Shown here in pieces: positions 31,921 to 42,178 of a DNA stretch of 64,000 bases. Below the pieces are notes generated by a model. That model did no database searches and was not told the DNA's origin. It worked only from the letters and a program-made list of their open reading frames with translations. The first letter of the stretch is position 1. Every line of letters begins with the position of its first letter. Location of the stretch: the NCBI GenBank assembly GCA_965223295.1, contig CBDCWC010000002.1:768001-832000 (forward strand), given 5' to 3'. The DNA is from Nitrospirales bacterium. GTDB taxonomy: Bacteria; Nitrospirota; Nitrospiria; Nitrospirales; UBA8639. The translations under genes and the position numbers were made by a program.

Positions 31921-33537
31921 TCACAATCGAGTATCATGACCATAGATGTCTTCACGAAAATTGACTAATCCATCAGCATCTACCCATGTCGTAAAGTACA
32001 CAATGTAGACTGGAACAGATTGAGGCATGTCCACAACTTCACGTTCTGAAGTCGCAAATATTTCATCAATTTTTTCAGGCGTCCAGACTCCTTCCAATAA
32101 CAATTCAGCAAACGCTTTCGGGTCCTGCAAGCGGATGCAGCCGTGACTAAAATCTCGTTCCGATTCCTCGAAGAGATAATCAGCAGGTGTATCATGTAAA
32201 TATACCGCATGATCATTGGGAAACATAAATTTCACGAGGCCGAGCGCATTGGAGGGGCCGGGTTTTTGTCGGACTCGCACTGAGCCTTCTTCCAAGTTTT
32301 CTTCAGTCAGTAGATCCATTTCTAGGATCTGCTCATCCCAATCGACTAGTTGGTAATTTTTTGAGACTAGATACGTGGGGTCTTCGAGGAATTTTGGAAG
32401 GATTTCTTCGGCTACGATACTTCGCGGCACGTTCCAATAGGGATTAAATACCACATACTCAATAGAGTCACTGAAAATAGGCGTTTGACTCATTGGTTTT
32501 CCCACGATCACTCGCATCTCCATCCGCTTTTCATTCTGTAAATAGGCAGTTAATTTAAAGTCAGGAATATTCACATACACGTGATTAGCCCCCAATTCAC
32601 GTGGCATCCAGCGCCGCCTCTCCAGGTTGAGTAAGATCTGTTTAATTCGCATTTCAATTGAAACATTCAGTTCAGTGAGGGTTAGTGGGCCAACTAATCC
32701 ATCCTCAGTGAGACCATGACGTCGTTGAAATTGGCGGACAGCCTTCTCTACATCCTGATCATAGACCTTCATATCAAAACCAACATCTAAGTCGCCTGTC
32801 GAACCCAAACGATGTCGGAGGGTTGCTACCCGATTCCCCTGAGACCCCCGTTTAAGCAACGGTCCATCGGATATAGATAGCCAACCGTTACGTTCCTGGG
32901 CCTCACGGTATACTGTTAAGGCCTTCAGAAGTGGTTCATAGCCATCATGGTCACTAGCCACAGACCTCAAAGTGAAGGAAACTCCATCTTCATGTGCCTT
33001 CGAAAGTATTGTTTTTGCCGATCGACGTTGATCTTTCAGAAACCATTTTCCGTTGATTGTCTTGGGATTCACACGCCCACCCGTGAGATGGTCCACAAAC
33101 CGAAAAAAGTTTTTTGTTAGGGCTATTTCTAATTCTCCTAATAGTTCTATTCTAGCAATGCGATCATCCCCTGGAAGAAGATTAACGGTTCGATTCAACC
33201 ACTGAACTTTATCAACTTCATAATCATCGGGCTCGAGTCCTTGCTGTGCTGCGTTGGATAATTCCTTCAGGAGCTCCCTACCAGAATTATTGACTTGATA
33301 ATCTTGAACCCAGATAGGGCTATGCGCTCTTTCTGAATAGATGGAAGCGAGAGCATCTGTAGAAGGACTTTCTAAATTATCCATATGTTGCTGTATTTGA
33401 TCGGAGATAGACCATGATGTTTCTGCCAAGGCATGTATGTGGAAAAATCCTAAAAAATTAACACTGATAATAAAAATAATGAGACCTTCGGTAAAATTAG
33501 GAAACCATCGTTTCATATGTTGATGATGAACAAGCAT
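31921..33537 (-). CDS. L,D-transpeptidase (YcbB/LdtD-like) with peptidoglycan-binding domain
   Basis: FQRRHGL..DG, VNIP, NPYWNVP, VYLHDTP and SHGCIR. Confidence 0.9.
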   Translation of the reverse strand: MLVHHQHMKRWFPNFTEGLIIFIISVNFLGFFHIHALAETSWSISDQIQQHMDNLESPSTDALASIYSERAHSPIWVQDYQVNNSGRELLKELSNAAQQGLEPDDYEVDKVQWLNRTVNLLPGDDRIARIELLGELEIALTKNFFRFVDHLTGGRVNPKTINGKWFLKDQRRSAKTILSKAHEDGVSFTLRSVASDHDGYEPLLKALTVYREAQERNGWLSISDGPLLKRGSQGNRVATLRHRLGSTGDLDVGFDMKVYDQDVEKAVRQFQRRHGLTEDGLVGPLTLTELNVSIEMRIKQILLNLERRRWMPRELGANHVYVNIPDFKLTAYLQNEKRMEMRVIVGKPMSQTPIFSDSIEYVVFNPYWNVPRSIVAEEILPKFLEDPTYLVSKNYQLVDWDEQILEMDLLTEENLEEGSVRVRQKPGPSNALGLVKFMFPNDHAVYLHDTPADYLFEESERDFSHGCIRLQDPKAFAELLLEGVWTPEKIDEIFATSEREVVDMPQSVPVYIVYFTTWVDADGLVNFREDIYGHDTRL

Positions 33538-33786
33538 AATGTCCTTTGAGTCATGTAAGATTCTTTAGCCAGATACGAAAATCAATCAGGTCATTTATTC
33601 GGATAGCCGTAATTCATCTCGGGAACATACATCAAACAAAATTCGCCAATTATTCAGTGAGTATAAACATGACACAATCTACAACGGCAAAAGAAATCGG
33701 GACAGTTGGACCTGCCCCGATTTCTATCACCCTACTCTGGGTCTGCACGATTACCTATAGCAAGAAGGTCAATAATCAAAGTCATC

Positions 33787-34938
33787 TTAGTACCGGCCCA
33801 GAACACCATCTCCTCTCAAATACGGCCGAGAATAATATCGTTTAGAATTCCTACTTTGAGTGCGAATTCTCTTTCGTTCACGATCTTTGTTCGCAAGCCT
33901 ATCCTGCGGGCTGTAAAACCGCTCACGCGTGGACATTTCTTCGTCATCTTCATCGAGATCCCAATTTTTCCGAACGTGGGCCAAGGCACTCTCATCTTCT
34001 TTCAGCATAGGAAGCCCCGCTATTTGCTTATCTGATACGTCCAGTGTAGCTGTTTTTCCGTCAGATGACGTGTCTAAAGCCTCCCAAGGAACCGAAATCA
34101 TTTGACCTTCTTTTTTCTTAATGATGGCGTACGCAGGATTCCCTTCTGAGTCGTTCAAGACTTTGGTGACATTTCCTACCTGCTCGCCTTCCTTAGTTTT
34201 AACAGGAAACGCATCTTCATAAGTTTTGGGATTCAGACTTCCTAATGCTCCAGCGGGCAACACCGTATATTGAGTCGAACGCCCGAAATCACGGCCTGAT
34301 CCAGATCGAGACATAGATTGGCTACTTCCTTCCCGCCGTTTCATATAGCGAACGAACTGAGCATTTCCTCTATGATCGATACGTGCTTTGATTCGATCGC
34401 CCGTTTGAAAATTACAATCGCCAAATTGGAATCCTGCCCGTTGCGATTGTTTTTTGGAAGACATAGCAGAGCTTGAAGAATCTTTCCCTTTCGTAGGAGA
34501 CATGGTGCTGGATGATCCAGAAGCATCAGACCCCGTTGAGGCAGATTGACTCTTGGATCGACAAACCATATTCGTATCCTCAGAAACCTGAATTTGCATT
34601 CGCTCACCATCACGTGTACGAACCGTGAATTCATTCTCCTGAATACCAATAATTTTCCCTTTCACGACTTCACTATCTTCTTCGTAACGCATAGATCTCT
34701 TGTCGTCGACTGTGTCTAGGTCGCCATACTGATTAGTGTAATAGTCACGTTTATTGCCTCGACGATCTCCAGATCTATGGTAAAAATCATCACTGGCTCG
34801 GCGACCATCATCATGGGAACGGTAGTAGCGACCTCCATCATCATAGTTACGAGGGCTGGCGAACGTTCCACTGGCAAGCACGGGCAACGACAACATTATC
34901 ACGCCCAAACTTGCGGCAGTTTTTTTAAAAGCTGGCAT
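33787..34938 (-). CDS. Secreted low-complexity protein with a PRC-barrel-like domain
   Basis: Signal peptide; VKTKEGEQVGNV...YAII...VPWEAL. Confidence 0.7.
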   Translation of the reverse strand: MPAFKKTAASLGVIMLSLPVLASGTFASPRNYDDGGRYYRSHDDGRRASDDFYHRSGDRRGNKRDYYTNQYGDLDTVDDKRSMRYEEDSEVVKGKIIGIQENEFTVRTRDGERMQIQVSEDTNMVCRSKSQSASTGSDASGSSSTMSPTKGKDSSSSAMSSKKQSQRAGFQFGDCNFQTGDRIKARIDHRGNAQFVRYMKRREGSSQSMSRSGSGRDFGRSTQYTVLPAGALGSLNPKTYEDAFPVKTKEGEQVGNVTKVLNDSEGNPAYAIIKKKEGQMISVPWEALDTSSDGKTATLDVSDKQIAGLPMLKEDESALAHVRKNWDLDEDDEEMSTRERFYSPQDRLANKDRERKRIRTQSRNSKRYYSRPYLRGDGVLGRY

Positions 34939-35071
34939 TGGAAACCTCCTTGAATTTTTAAAAATTTTTTATCGGTGAGAGATTACTCTTTTTGAGAGCT
35001 TGCTATTAACAGAGTTTGTCTTTCACCCTTCGTAGGAAATTATTCTATCCGCTCTAATTTCCTTTTCGTGA

Positions 35072-35107
35072 TGGACAAATTCGTAATCTTGTTTCGGAAA
35101 TTGTCCC
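35072..35107 (-). promoter_or_regulatory. Box upstream of 34938
   Basis: TGGACA-N24-TGTCCC; TAGAAT 24 nt downstream. Confidence 0.7.
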
Positions 35108-35171
35108 GCTCCTTCGTTAGCTATCCTCATCACCTTTGACTTGTGCGCATAGATTTCATGACTAAATACGC

Positions 35172-35207
35172 TAGACATTTTTGGTTAAAATTCTGATCTT
35201 TTGTCCA
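35172..35207 (+). promoter_or_regulatory. Box upstream of double-BON 35330
   Basis: TAGACATTTTTGGTTAAAATTCTGATCTTTTGTCCA. Confidence 0.75.
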
Positions 35208-35329
35208 TTTGTTAGCGCAACGAGCTCTGATATGAATATAGGGGTAAAAAGTAGAAATGGAATTTTTTGTTAGATCTTTCTACTTAACAACCTATCCACA
35301 CATAATATTAATATTCACAGGAGGTTCCC

Positions 35330-36094
35330 ATGCTGCCAAAATCAACCGAACGCTCTCTTTCACTAGCACTGACATTTAGCGCCCTCGCACTCACCTTCCC
35401 TCATACAGCTCTGAGTGCTTCTACTGATTCATTAGAATCACTAGAATCGTTACCACCTGGAACCTACGATCTCACAGTGATTAAAGACGCTGATGAGAAT
35501 TCCAGGAATCACAAGGCGAACAATCGTGATTACTACACGAATCAATACGGAGATTTGGATACGATTGACAATAAACGAAAGAGCCGCTCTGGAAGATCGG
35601 AGGCAAAGATGCACCGAAGGAATAATATATACACTGGTGTAGCCGGCAGAACCAATCTCTATCAAGAAGAACTACGACAACTTGATCGTAACTTACGAGA
35701 GGACATCCGTGAGGAACTCACTTATAGTCCCTTCGTCGACGAAGAGAAGATTCACGTGAAGGTGCGACGTGGCGTGGCAACTTTAACGGGTACGGTCGAA
35801 GATCGGGATGCTATGATAGCAGCGGTTGAAAATGCCTACGAAGGAGGAGCACGAAAGGTGAAAAATCGGCTTCTGGTAAGCCGTTATGAAGAAAGGCCCT
35901 GGGTTGATATGAGTGATGGCCGATTAGAAAAGGAAATCTACAGTGACCTTGAAAATGGCATTTCAGTCGATGTACTTGACGGAGTGGCTACCTTAACTGG
36001 AACTGTTAGAGAGCGATCCGCCATTGCTGATGCTGTTGAAATTGCCTACGAAGCAGGGGCGAGACGCGTGGTGAATAGATTACGACTCTACTGA
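35330..36094 (+). CDS. Secreted double-BON protein
   Basis: GVATLTGTV...A.E.AYE.GA..V.N.L occurs twice. Confidence 0.85.
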   Translation: MLPKSTERSLSLALTFSALALTFPHTALSASTDSLESLESLPPGTYDLTVIKDADENSRNHKANNRDYYTNQYGDLDTIDNKRKSRSGRSEAKMHRRNNIYTGVAGRTNLYQEELRQLDRNLREDIREELTYSPFVDEEKIHVKVRRGVATLTGTVEDRDAMIAAVENAYEGGARKVKNRLLVSRYEERPWVDMSDGRLEKEIYSDLENGISVDVLDGVATLTGTVRERSAIADAVEIAYEAGARRVVNRLRLY

Positions 36095-36566
36095 CGTTTT
36101 ATAAATACAACGAGAAAAATTTTGCTGCACAATGGCCTGTAAAAACCTAGACTTTCTATCACTGAAAGAGTGAGTCAAGGGCTAACCTAAGGAGGAAGGT
36201 ATGAAGCATCTCGTTGTCAAACCAGCAGTCTGTGGCGGGTTTCCATCATCAGGACCAGCAAAGAGTGTTTGGATGGATTCCCGTCGATTGCTTGAGGCAA
36301 TGACAGAAGAGTGAAACACTTCTCCATCTTTCAACAGGTCACTTGTCAGGGTAGGACATGGCGAAGTCTAGCTTCTACGCTTAAGCGAAGGTATCACGAA
36401 TGATATTCGTTCGTCCTCATTACTTTTTTCTACGCATCCCCCTTATCTCTCTCACCATTTTCTCTTTTCTAAGCTTCCTGGAAGACACGTCCTGATCCCT
36501 TATAATAATCTCTCAATAGGCAGCTAAGAGAGCCATGATTGTTTCTTCATGAGAAAAGTTTTCTCA

Positions 36567-36602
36567 TAGACATTTCACTTTGCCAACCATGCAATTTGTC
36601 CG
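36567..36602 (+). promoter_or_regulatory. Box upstream of PRC-barrel 36725
   Basis: TAGACA-N24-TGTCCG; TACGTT 24 nt downstream. Confidence 0.7.
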
Positions 36603-36724
36603 TAGAGAACATGCAAAACTACCTGATACGTTATTTACAAGCTTGACATATATATGTCGAAAGCTGGTTCAGGAATCGGGATTTATCTATTTAACAGTAT
36701 TATCAGTGGCACAAGGAGGTACTC

Positions 36725-37087
36725 ATGACGACCCAACAAACACGCAAAATGCTATCTGCTGATTCAATAGCAGGCTCTGCAGTTTGGAACACGACTGGAG
36801 AAAATCTTGGTGAACTTAAGGACTTGATGATAGACATCACGACGGGAAGAATAGGTTATGCTGTTCTATCATTTGGTGGGATTTTAGGAATTGGAGACAA
36901 ACTCTTTGCTATTCCTTGGCCAGCGTTCAGTATCTCACAGGAAGAAAAGGTATTTTATCTCAATGTTGCAAAGGAGAAATTAGAACAGGCACCTGGATTT
37001 GATAAGGACAATTGGCCAGACATGACTGATTATACCTGGGGTACAGCTATCCACGGTTATTATGGTTATGATCCATATTGGGAATAA
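36725..37087 (+). CDS. PRC-barrel protein
   Basis: YAVLSFGGILGIGDKLFAIPW and APGFDKDNWPDM. Confidence 0.92.
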   Translation: MTTQQTRKMLSADSIAGSAVWNTTGENLGELKDLMIDITTGRIGYAVLSFGGILGIGDKLFAIPWPAFSISQEEKVFYLNVAKEKLEQAPGFDKDNWPDMTDYTWGTAIHGYYGYDPYWE

Positions 37088-37138
37088 AATATATTCGATT
37101 CTCTAAAATTTAACTAACGTTATTATAAGGAGGGTATC

Positions 37139-37219
37139 ATGCCAATACTTTTGTGGTTACTCGGTGTGCCGTTAACGTTGGTGCTGGTGTTGTGGCTTTT
37201 CGGCATTATCGCCTTTTAG
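37139..37219 (+). CDS. 26-aa hydrophobic peptide MPILLWLLGVPLTLVLVLWLFGIIAF
   Basis: AAGGAGG RBS; single TM helix; below the ORF track cutoff. Confidence 0.7.
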   Translation: MPILLWLLGVPLTLVLVLWLFGIIAF

Positions 37220-37420
37220 GCCTCACATTTTTAAAATTGCCAAATTTCTCTCATTTGTCTTTTCAGTAAATTGACTGAAGATTGGCAAAATATATTTCAT
37301 CTGGAGAAAGCCAAGATGAAGTTTCATAAATCACGCATGATCGTGTGCTAATTACACTTCGTGACGCGATCACCATTGAACAATTTAATCTGAGTTTTAC
37401 AAGGAAGCAAGAGAAATATC

Positions 37421-37639
37421 ATGTCGAAAAAACAATGGGATTTATGTAAACGCTGCAAATGGTGGCAAATAGAACCTGACGCCACAATAGAAGACAAGAC
37501 TCTTGGTCTTTGCATCGATGAAGACTTACAACCCTATCTATTACTGGTGTCAGGGAATAGTGGCTGTAACAAGTTCATGACGGGGGAACCCGCTCGAGCC
37601 CAAGGTTCAGCTTCTCAACCACTTACGGCAAACCCTTAA
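37421..37639 (+). CDS. Small Cys-containing protein
   Basis: CKRCKWW...GLC...GCNKF; possible metal or Fe-S binding. Confidence 0.55.
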   Translation: MSKKQWDLCKRCKWWQIEPDATIEDKTLGLCIDEDLQPYLLLVSGNSGCNKFMTGEPARAQGSASQPLTANP

Positions 37640-37832
37640 CGCTAGCTCATCTTCTAAGCATGAATACGGCTTCGCAATGTGAACACTGAAATGAAGATCA
37701 CAGCCTTCATTCATGCCCAATGAGTCATACAATCTGACAAATTAAGGCATAGAAGAATGGTGCACCGCTCAACTCTAAATTTTCCAGCTGGCAAATCTGT
37801 CAAGATTTCAGATCGTATTGAGAGAGGAAAAA

Positions 37833-38213
37833 ATGAACAAAGCATATGGAGCAAAAATTTGGGCCATACCAGAAGGTTATATTCCTGATGGGAGTCATGG
37901 ACCAGAGCCCCAATTCATAAGCCATGAGACAGCATGCATACTCAATACGACAGACCAGGATGCACGTGTCACTATAACGATCTATTATTCAGACCGTGAA
38001 CCTGGTGGCCCCTATCAATTTATCGTACCAGCAAGGCGTACGAAACATGTACGGTTTAATGATCTAGCAGAACCTGAACCGATTCCTCTCGATACCGATT
38101 TTGCAAGTCTCATAGAATCGAATATTCCTATTATTGTCCAACACACTCGCTTAGATTCCCGGCAAGCCGAGAACGCACTTCTAAGCACTATAGCTTTCCC
38201 AGTTAATCTGTAA
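37833..38213 (+). CDS. Anabaena sensory rhodopsin transducer (ASRT) family protein
   Basis: WAIPEGYIP, SHETACILN, ARRTKHVRFNDL and VQHTRLDSRQ. Confidence 0.85.
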   Translation: MNKAYGAKIWAIPEGYIPDGSHGPEPQFISHETACILNTTDQDARVTITIYYSDREPGGPYQFIVPARRTKHVRFNDLAEPEPIPLDTDFASLIESNIPIIVQHTRLDSRQAENALLSTIAFPVNL

Positions 38214-38294
38214 ACCAGTTTACGTCAAAAAAACCACCTTGAGTGTAAATAACTGAGTTCATATAAATAATGATAAAGAGAGAGAATAATGTAG

Positions 38295-39155
38295 ATGTTT
38301 GATGTCGTGGTGTTCGGGGGAGGAGGAACTCGTTGCCTGTGGCAAGGCGGTTTTCTTGAAAGCGCTTCTAAACAGGTGCTATCACCAAAGCATATCGTTG
38401 CAGTCAGTGCAGGAGCCCTATCAGCCGTCGGTTACATTATAGGAAATGAAAAAAGAATTCGGGAGGAAATGAAAAATTCGTTTCAGTCAATCGCTCATAA
38501 CCTGCGCTGGTCCGCATGTTTCAATGACAAGGCCATCGCTCCTCATCTCCAAGCCTATCGTCATGCACTGACGCGTGCCTTTCACGATGAGCATATCCAA
38601 AAATTACATGATGGACCTGAATTGCATGTTTTGCTTACTCGGCCCCCGAATTTTCTCCCTCGACAAGTGTCTTCAATGTTAGGAGTTTGTGCCTACCAAT
38701 TAGACCTTCTTGTGAGAGGGACCCCACACAGTGTGCTAGCTGGTAAATAAGGGTTTTGTCCAATATCGGTAAAAGCCTGTGATATTAAATCTGCTTCGGA
38801 CTTATGTGACCTTCTCATCGCCGCGGGGTGTATCCCCCCGATCATCCCACTCTAAACATGGCGCCAGGAACCTTCACTCGACGGGGGATTAATCGATAAT
38901 GCTCCAATTGAAGCATGGGAAACTCAACAGACTCCTAGCAAACAGGCACTCATCTTTGTAACACGCCGGTATAGGCAATTGCCGAATCATGCAAACCGTG
39001 TATACATACAGCCATCAAGACCCATTCCAGCATCGAAACTTGATTTTACCGACCCCGATCAGATTGAGGCTGCTTACGAACTAGGAAAAAAGGATGGAGA
39101 ACGATTCTGGACACGTATCCAAGATGGGGCCAAACCAAAGAAAGCGGCTCAGTAA
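38295..39155 (+). pseudogene. Patatin-like phospholipase with two in-frame TAA stops
   Basis: GGGGTRC and AVSAGA; stops at 38748-38750 and 38853-38855; then LDGGLIDNAP in the same frame. Confidence 0.85.
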
Positions 39156-39195
39156 ATAGCATATCTTTTTGCTAAATTAAGGAGGGTACTAAACC

Positions 39196-39354
39196 ATGGA
39201 TATTCTTCGTATACTATTTTCGATTCTCATTCCACCCCTTGGAGTGTTTCTTCAGGTGGGTATCGGAGCACAATTTTGGATTAATATCCTCTTGACCTTG
39301 CTTGGGTATATCCCCGGCATTGTCCACGCCGTATGGATCATAGCCAAACGATAG
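39196..39354 (+). CDS. yqaE: YqaE/Pmp3 family membrane proteolipid
   Basis: MDILRILFSILIPPLGVFLQVG...NILLTLLGYIPGIVHAVWII with a GGAGG RBS. Confidence 0.92.
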   Translation: MDILRILFSILIPPLGVFLQVGIGAQFWINILLTLLGYIPGIVHAVWIIAKR

Positions 39355-39481
39355 TACGACGATTGAAAAACCCTATTGTTGTCGTTTGACGGATCGATCG
39401 GAAGATGTAGAAGGAAAGGGAGCCCACGGATGAACCATTGTCAAAAAATGGGCACCACCCTCAAAAGACTTTTGTCAAGAG

Positions 39482-40558
39482 ATGACTATTGATTTCTTCC
39501 TGACATTTTGTGGGATTGTGATCACCGTCGTCACTGTTCTTCCCTTCTGTCGTGTAGGATTGTGGTGGATAAGAATTTTTGACTTTCCCTGTGCCCAGTT
39601 TGCCTTTTTGGGCGCGATGATCGTGGCCGCTTGGCTCTTTTTCTACCTCCAAGAAGAAAATCTCCATTTAAGCACAAGAATGATTCCTTTTCTCCTGGGA
39701 AGCTTGTTGATCCAGGGATACCGAATTTACCCGTATACCGTATTGCCTAGCAAAGAAAGCCCTCCTTCCACTGGCGAAGATGATCCTGATCGAACTATCA
39801 GTATTCTCGCCGCTAATGTGTTAATGGAGAATCGCAATTCTGACAGCCTCATGCAATTTATTGGAAAGTATGATCCCGATCTTATCTTGCTCACAGAAGC
39901 AAACCGTTGGTGGGAACAAGCCATGAAATCTCTAGAAACAAAGTATGATTTTACCCTCAAGAAGCCCCTTGAAAATACGTACGGAATGCTCTTGTATTCT
40001 CGCGTTTCATTAATAGATAGTGAAATTACCTTTTTAGTCGAGGATGACGTCCCATCCATCCACACCACTCTTAGACTCGTATCAGGAGAAACCGTAGACT
40101 TTTATGGCCTTCATCCCCGCCCTCCTCGGTTTAACCAAGATGTCCACGAGCGAGACGCAGAACTACTGATCGTTGGTCAATCAATTGCCAAACGACCCCG
40201 GCCAGCAATCGTTGCAGGCGATTTAAACGATGTCGCCTGGTCGCACTCGACCAGATTGTTTCGTCGGTTAAGTGGGTTATTAGATCCTCGCATCGGACGT
40301 GGATTTTTTAATACCTTTCCGACTCACCTACCCTTCTTCAGATTTCCAATGGATCACATCTTCCATTCACGGCATCTGCGCTTGAATCGGCTCCAAGTAC
40401 TGGAAGCGTTTGGATCAGACCATTATCCTATTTATGCTAATCTGTATTTTAATAGTGATGAACAATACTCATCTGCTACCAACAAGGAAATTCGTAATGA
40501 AGCCCGAGAAAAGATTGCTGAAGGGCTTAAGCATGCTCACAACAAACCTTCGACATGA
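39482..40558 (+). CDS. Membrane-anchored endonuclease/exonuclease/phosphatase family protein
   Basis: ANVLMEN, AGDLND, DHIF and GSDHYP. Confidence 0.9.
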   Translation: MTIDFFLTFCGIVITVVTVLPFCRVGLWWIRIFDFPCAQFAFLGAMIVAAWLFFYLQEENLHLSTRMIPFLLGSLLIQGYRIYPYTVLPSKESPPSTGEDDPDRTISILAANVLMENRNSDSLMQFIGKYDPDLILLTEANRWWEQAMKSLETKYDFTLKKPLENTYGMLLYSRVSLIDSEITFLVEDDVPSIHTTLRLVSGETVDFYGLHPRPPRFNQDVHERDAELLIVGQSIAKRPRPAIVAGDLNDVAWSHSTRLFRRLSGLLDPRIGRGFFNTFPTHLPFFRFPMDHIFHSRHLRLNRLQVLEAFGSDHYPIYANLYFNSDEQYSSATNKEIRNEAREKIAEGLKHAHNKPST

Positions 40559-40836
40559 TGTTAGGAAAGGCACGAGAGTTGTGATCCTTTTCGTGATTAG
40601 GAGTTCAATTTCCTCTTTCATAAGCCCATCATTGATTAAATTTAGAGCCATGGGAACCCATCCCCCTACACAAACTCCTAAAGAGCCTTAGGTAAGAAGG
40701 CCGCACATCAGCCAACTGCCGATTGAATGACAGACTACGCCGTCGAAATGACCATACGGCTAGACGGTTTGAAACTTCAGTGGCTAGCACCTAGATGAGA
40801 AACCTTCTTTCTAGACTTCAATCAACACTTCTTAGC

Positions 40837-40872
40837 TAGACATTTACGTTCTTGAGAAGCTGAATTTGTACT
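40837..40872 (+). promoter_or_regulatory. Box upstream of 41051
   Basis: TAGACATTT...TTTGTACT, N24; TATCTT 24 nt downstream. Confidence 0.55.
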
Positions 40873-41050
40873 TTGCTGGGAGATAAAAAACCATATTATC
40901 TTTATCAAGGTTATCACCCACCATTTCAATGGATGTGCTTGAAATATATAAAAACAATCAAGATACGACTAATGAAAAACATACACTAGTAAAATATGGC
41001 CCTGACTTTCTGTCGGGATAACCTTTCGGAACGATCATGAAGCAAGTCTC

Positions 41051-41839
41051 GTGTATCCTAATAAAAACTATACTTCACCAACCCTTCACACATATGCATT
41101 CATAGGAGGCCTTCACATGAAAGATTTTAGCGTTCGTCAGGTAGCGATCATAATTTCAGGTATCATAGCTATGCTACTGCCTATTTCGACTCTTACATTT
41201 GGACGTACTCTCAACACAAACTATTACCATTCTCCCTTCCTCATTCTGGCCGAGCTCACTTCTCAAGACAAGCTTCAACAATATAAGGAAGACATACAAC
41301 AACAATTCAAAAAAGCTCACGACCTTATACAAGAATTAGAGAACAAAATTGACACAAGATCCCAGGGAAATCAGGATACGTTAAGAAGAAACATGATGGA
41401 ACTCAATAAAGAACTTGAACATGCCCAGCGGATGTATAGAAACTTTGACACAATTGACCCAAAAAATTGGCTGAGAGAAAAAAGAGAAGTCGATGCGGTC
41501 ATGGCCAGTTTAGATGAAGCGTACGATGACATTCTTCCAAACTTACATGATAAAACCCGCTATCTTCAAGAAGCTGTTCATCATGCAAAACTTGCGAAGA
41601 ATTTTGCTGAGGAAGAAAGAAATGACTTATTCCTGAAAAATTCGGAAAAGGCAAAAGAGCATGCTTCCCTAGCACAACAAGCAGGGATAGACTCAGAATT
41701 CGTGGCCGAGGGAATTTCTGAACTCAAGGACGCAATCTATCACATCAATGAAGATAAAGTTGGCGCCGCAACGACCTTGATTGGAGGAGCCTATCTTCAA
41801 TTGCATTCAGCATTCAAGCAACACATGGATAGGCAATAA
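41051..41839 (+). CDS. Secreted coiled-coil protein with SmbP-like C-terminus
   Basis: The likely start is MKDFS after GGAGG. C-terminal EAVHHA...AKEHA...GISELKDAI.H helical pattern. Confidence 0.55.
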   Translation: MYPNKNYTSPTLHTYAFIGGLHMKDFSVRQVAIIISGIIAMLLPISTLTFGRTLNTNYYHSPFLILAELTSQDKLQQYKEDIQQQFKKAHDLIQELENKIDTRSQGNQDTLRRNMMELNKELEHAQRMYRNFDTIDPKNWLREKREVDAVMASLDEAYDDILPNLHDKTRYLQEAVHHAKLAKNFAEEERNDLFLKNSEKAKEHASLAQQAGIDSEFVAEGISELKDAIYHINEDKVGAATTLIGGAYLQLHSAFKQHMDRQ

Positions 41840-42178
41840 ATCGACTTGTTAAAGATCATTTTGTGAACACCAAGAATTGATAAGACGCACAAAACCAAAG
41901 ATAAGAAAAACTGAGCAACAAGCTCACCTCTTAAGGAAAGAGGATTGCGAAAGAACGGATCAATCAAGGACACTCATAAATGGGTTTGAGCCACATAAAA
42001 CGCTGCTGATGATCTTTTCATTGGTTTTCTTTGTCAGGCATCTATTCCTCACGATTGTTTATTCCGAGACATTATTACAAAATGAAAACCTTAAAACGAC
42101 TCTCAAATTCACTAGAATATTACTCCCTGAATTGAGACCAGCCTGAATAGGAAGAGATCATCTCATGAATGTTGCTTC

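Noticed and set aside
38748-38855. Stop-codon readthrough or an alternative genetic code
   Set aside because: TAA, TAG and TGA all end intact genes in this window, so pseudogenisation is simpler.
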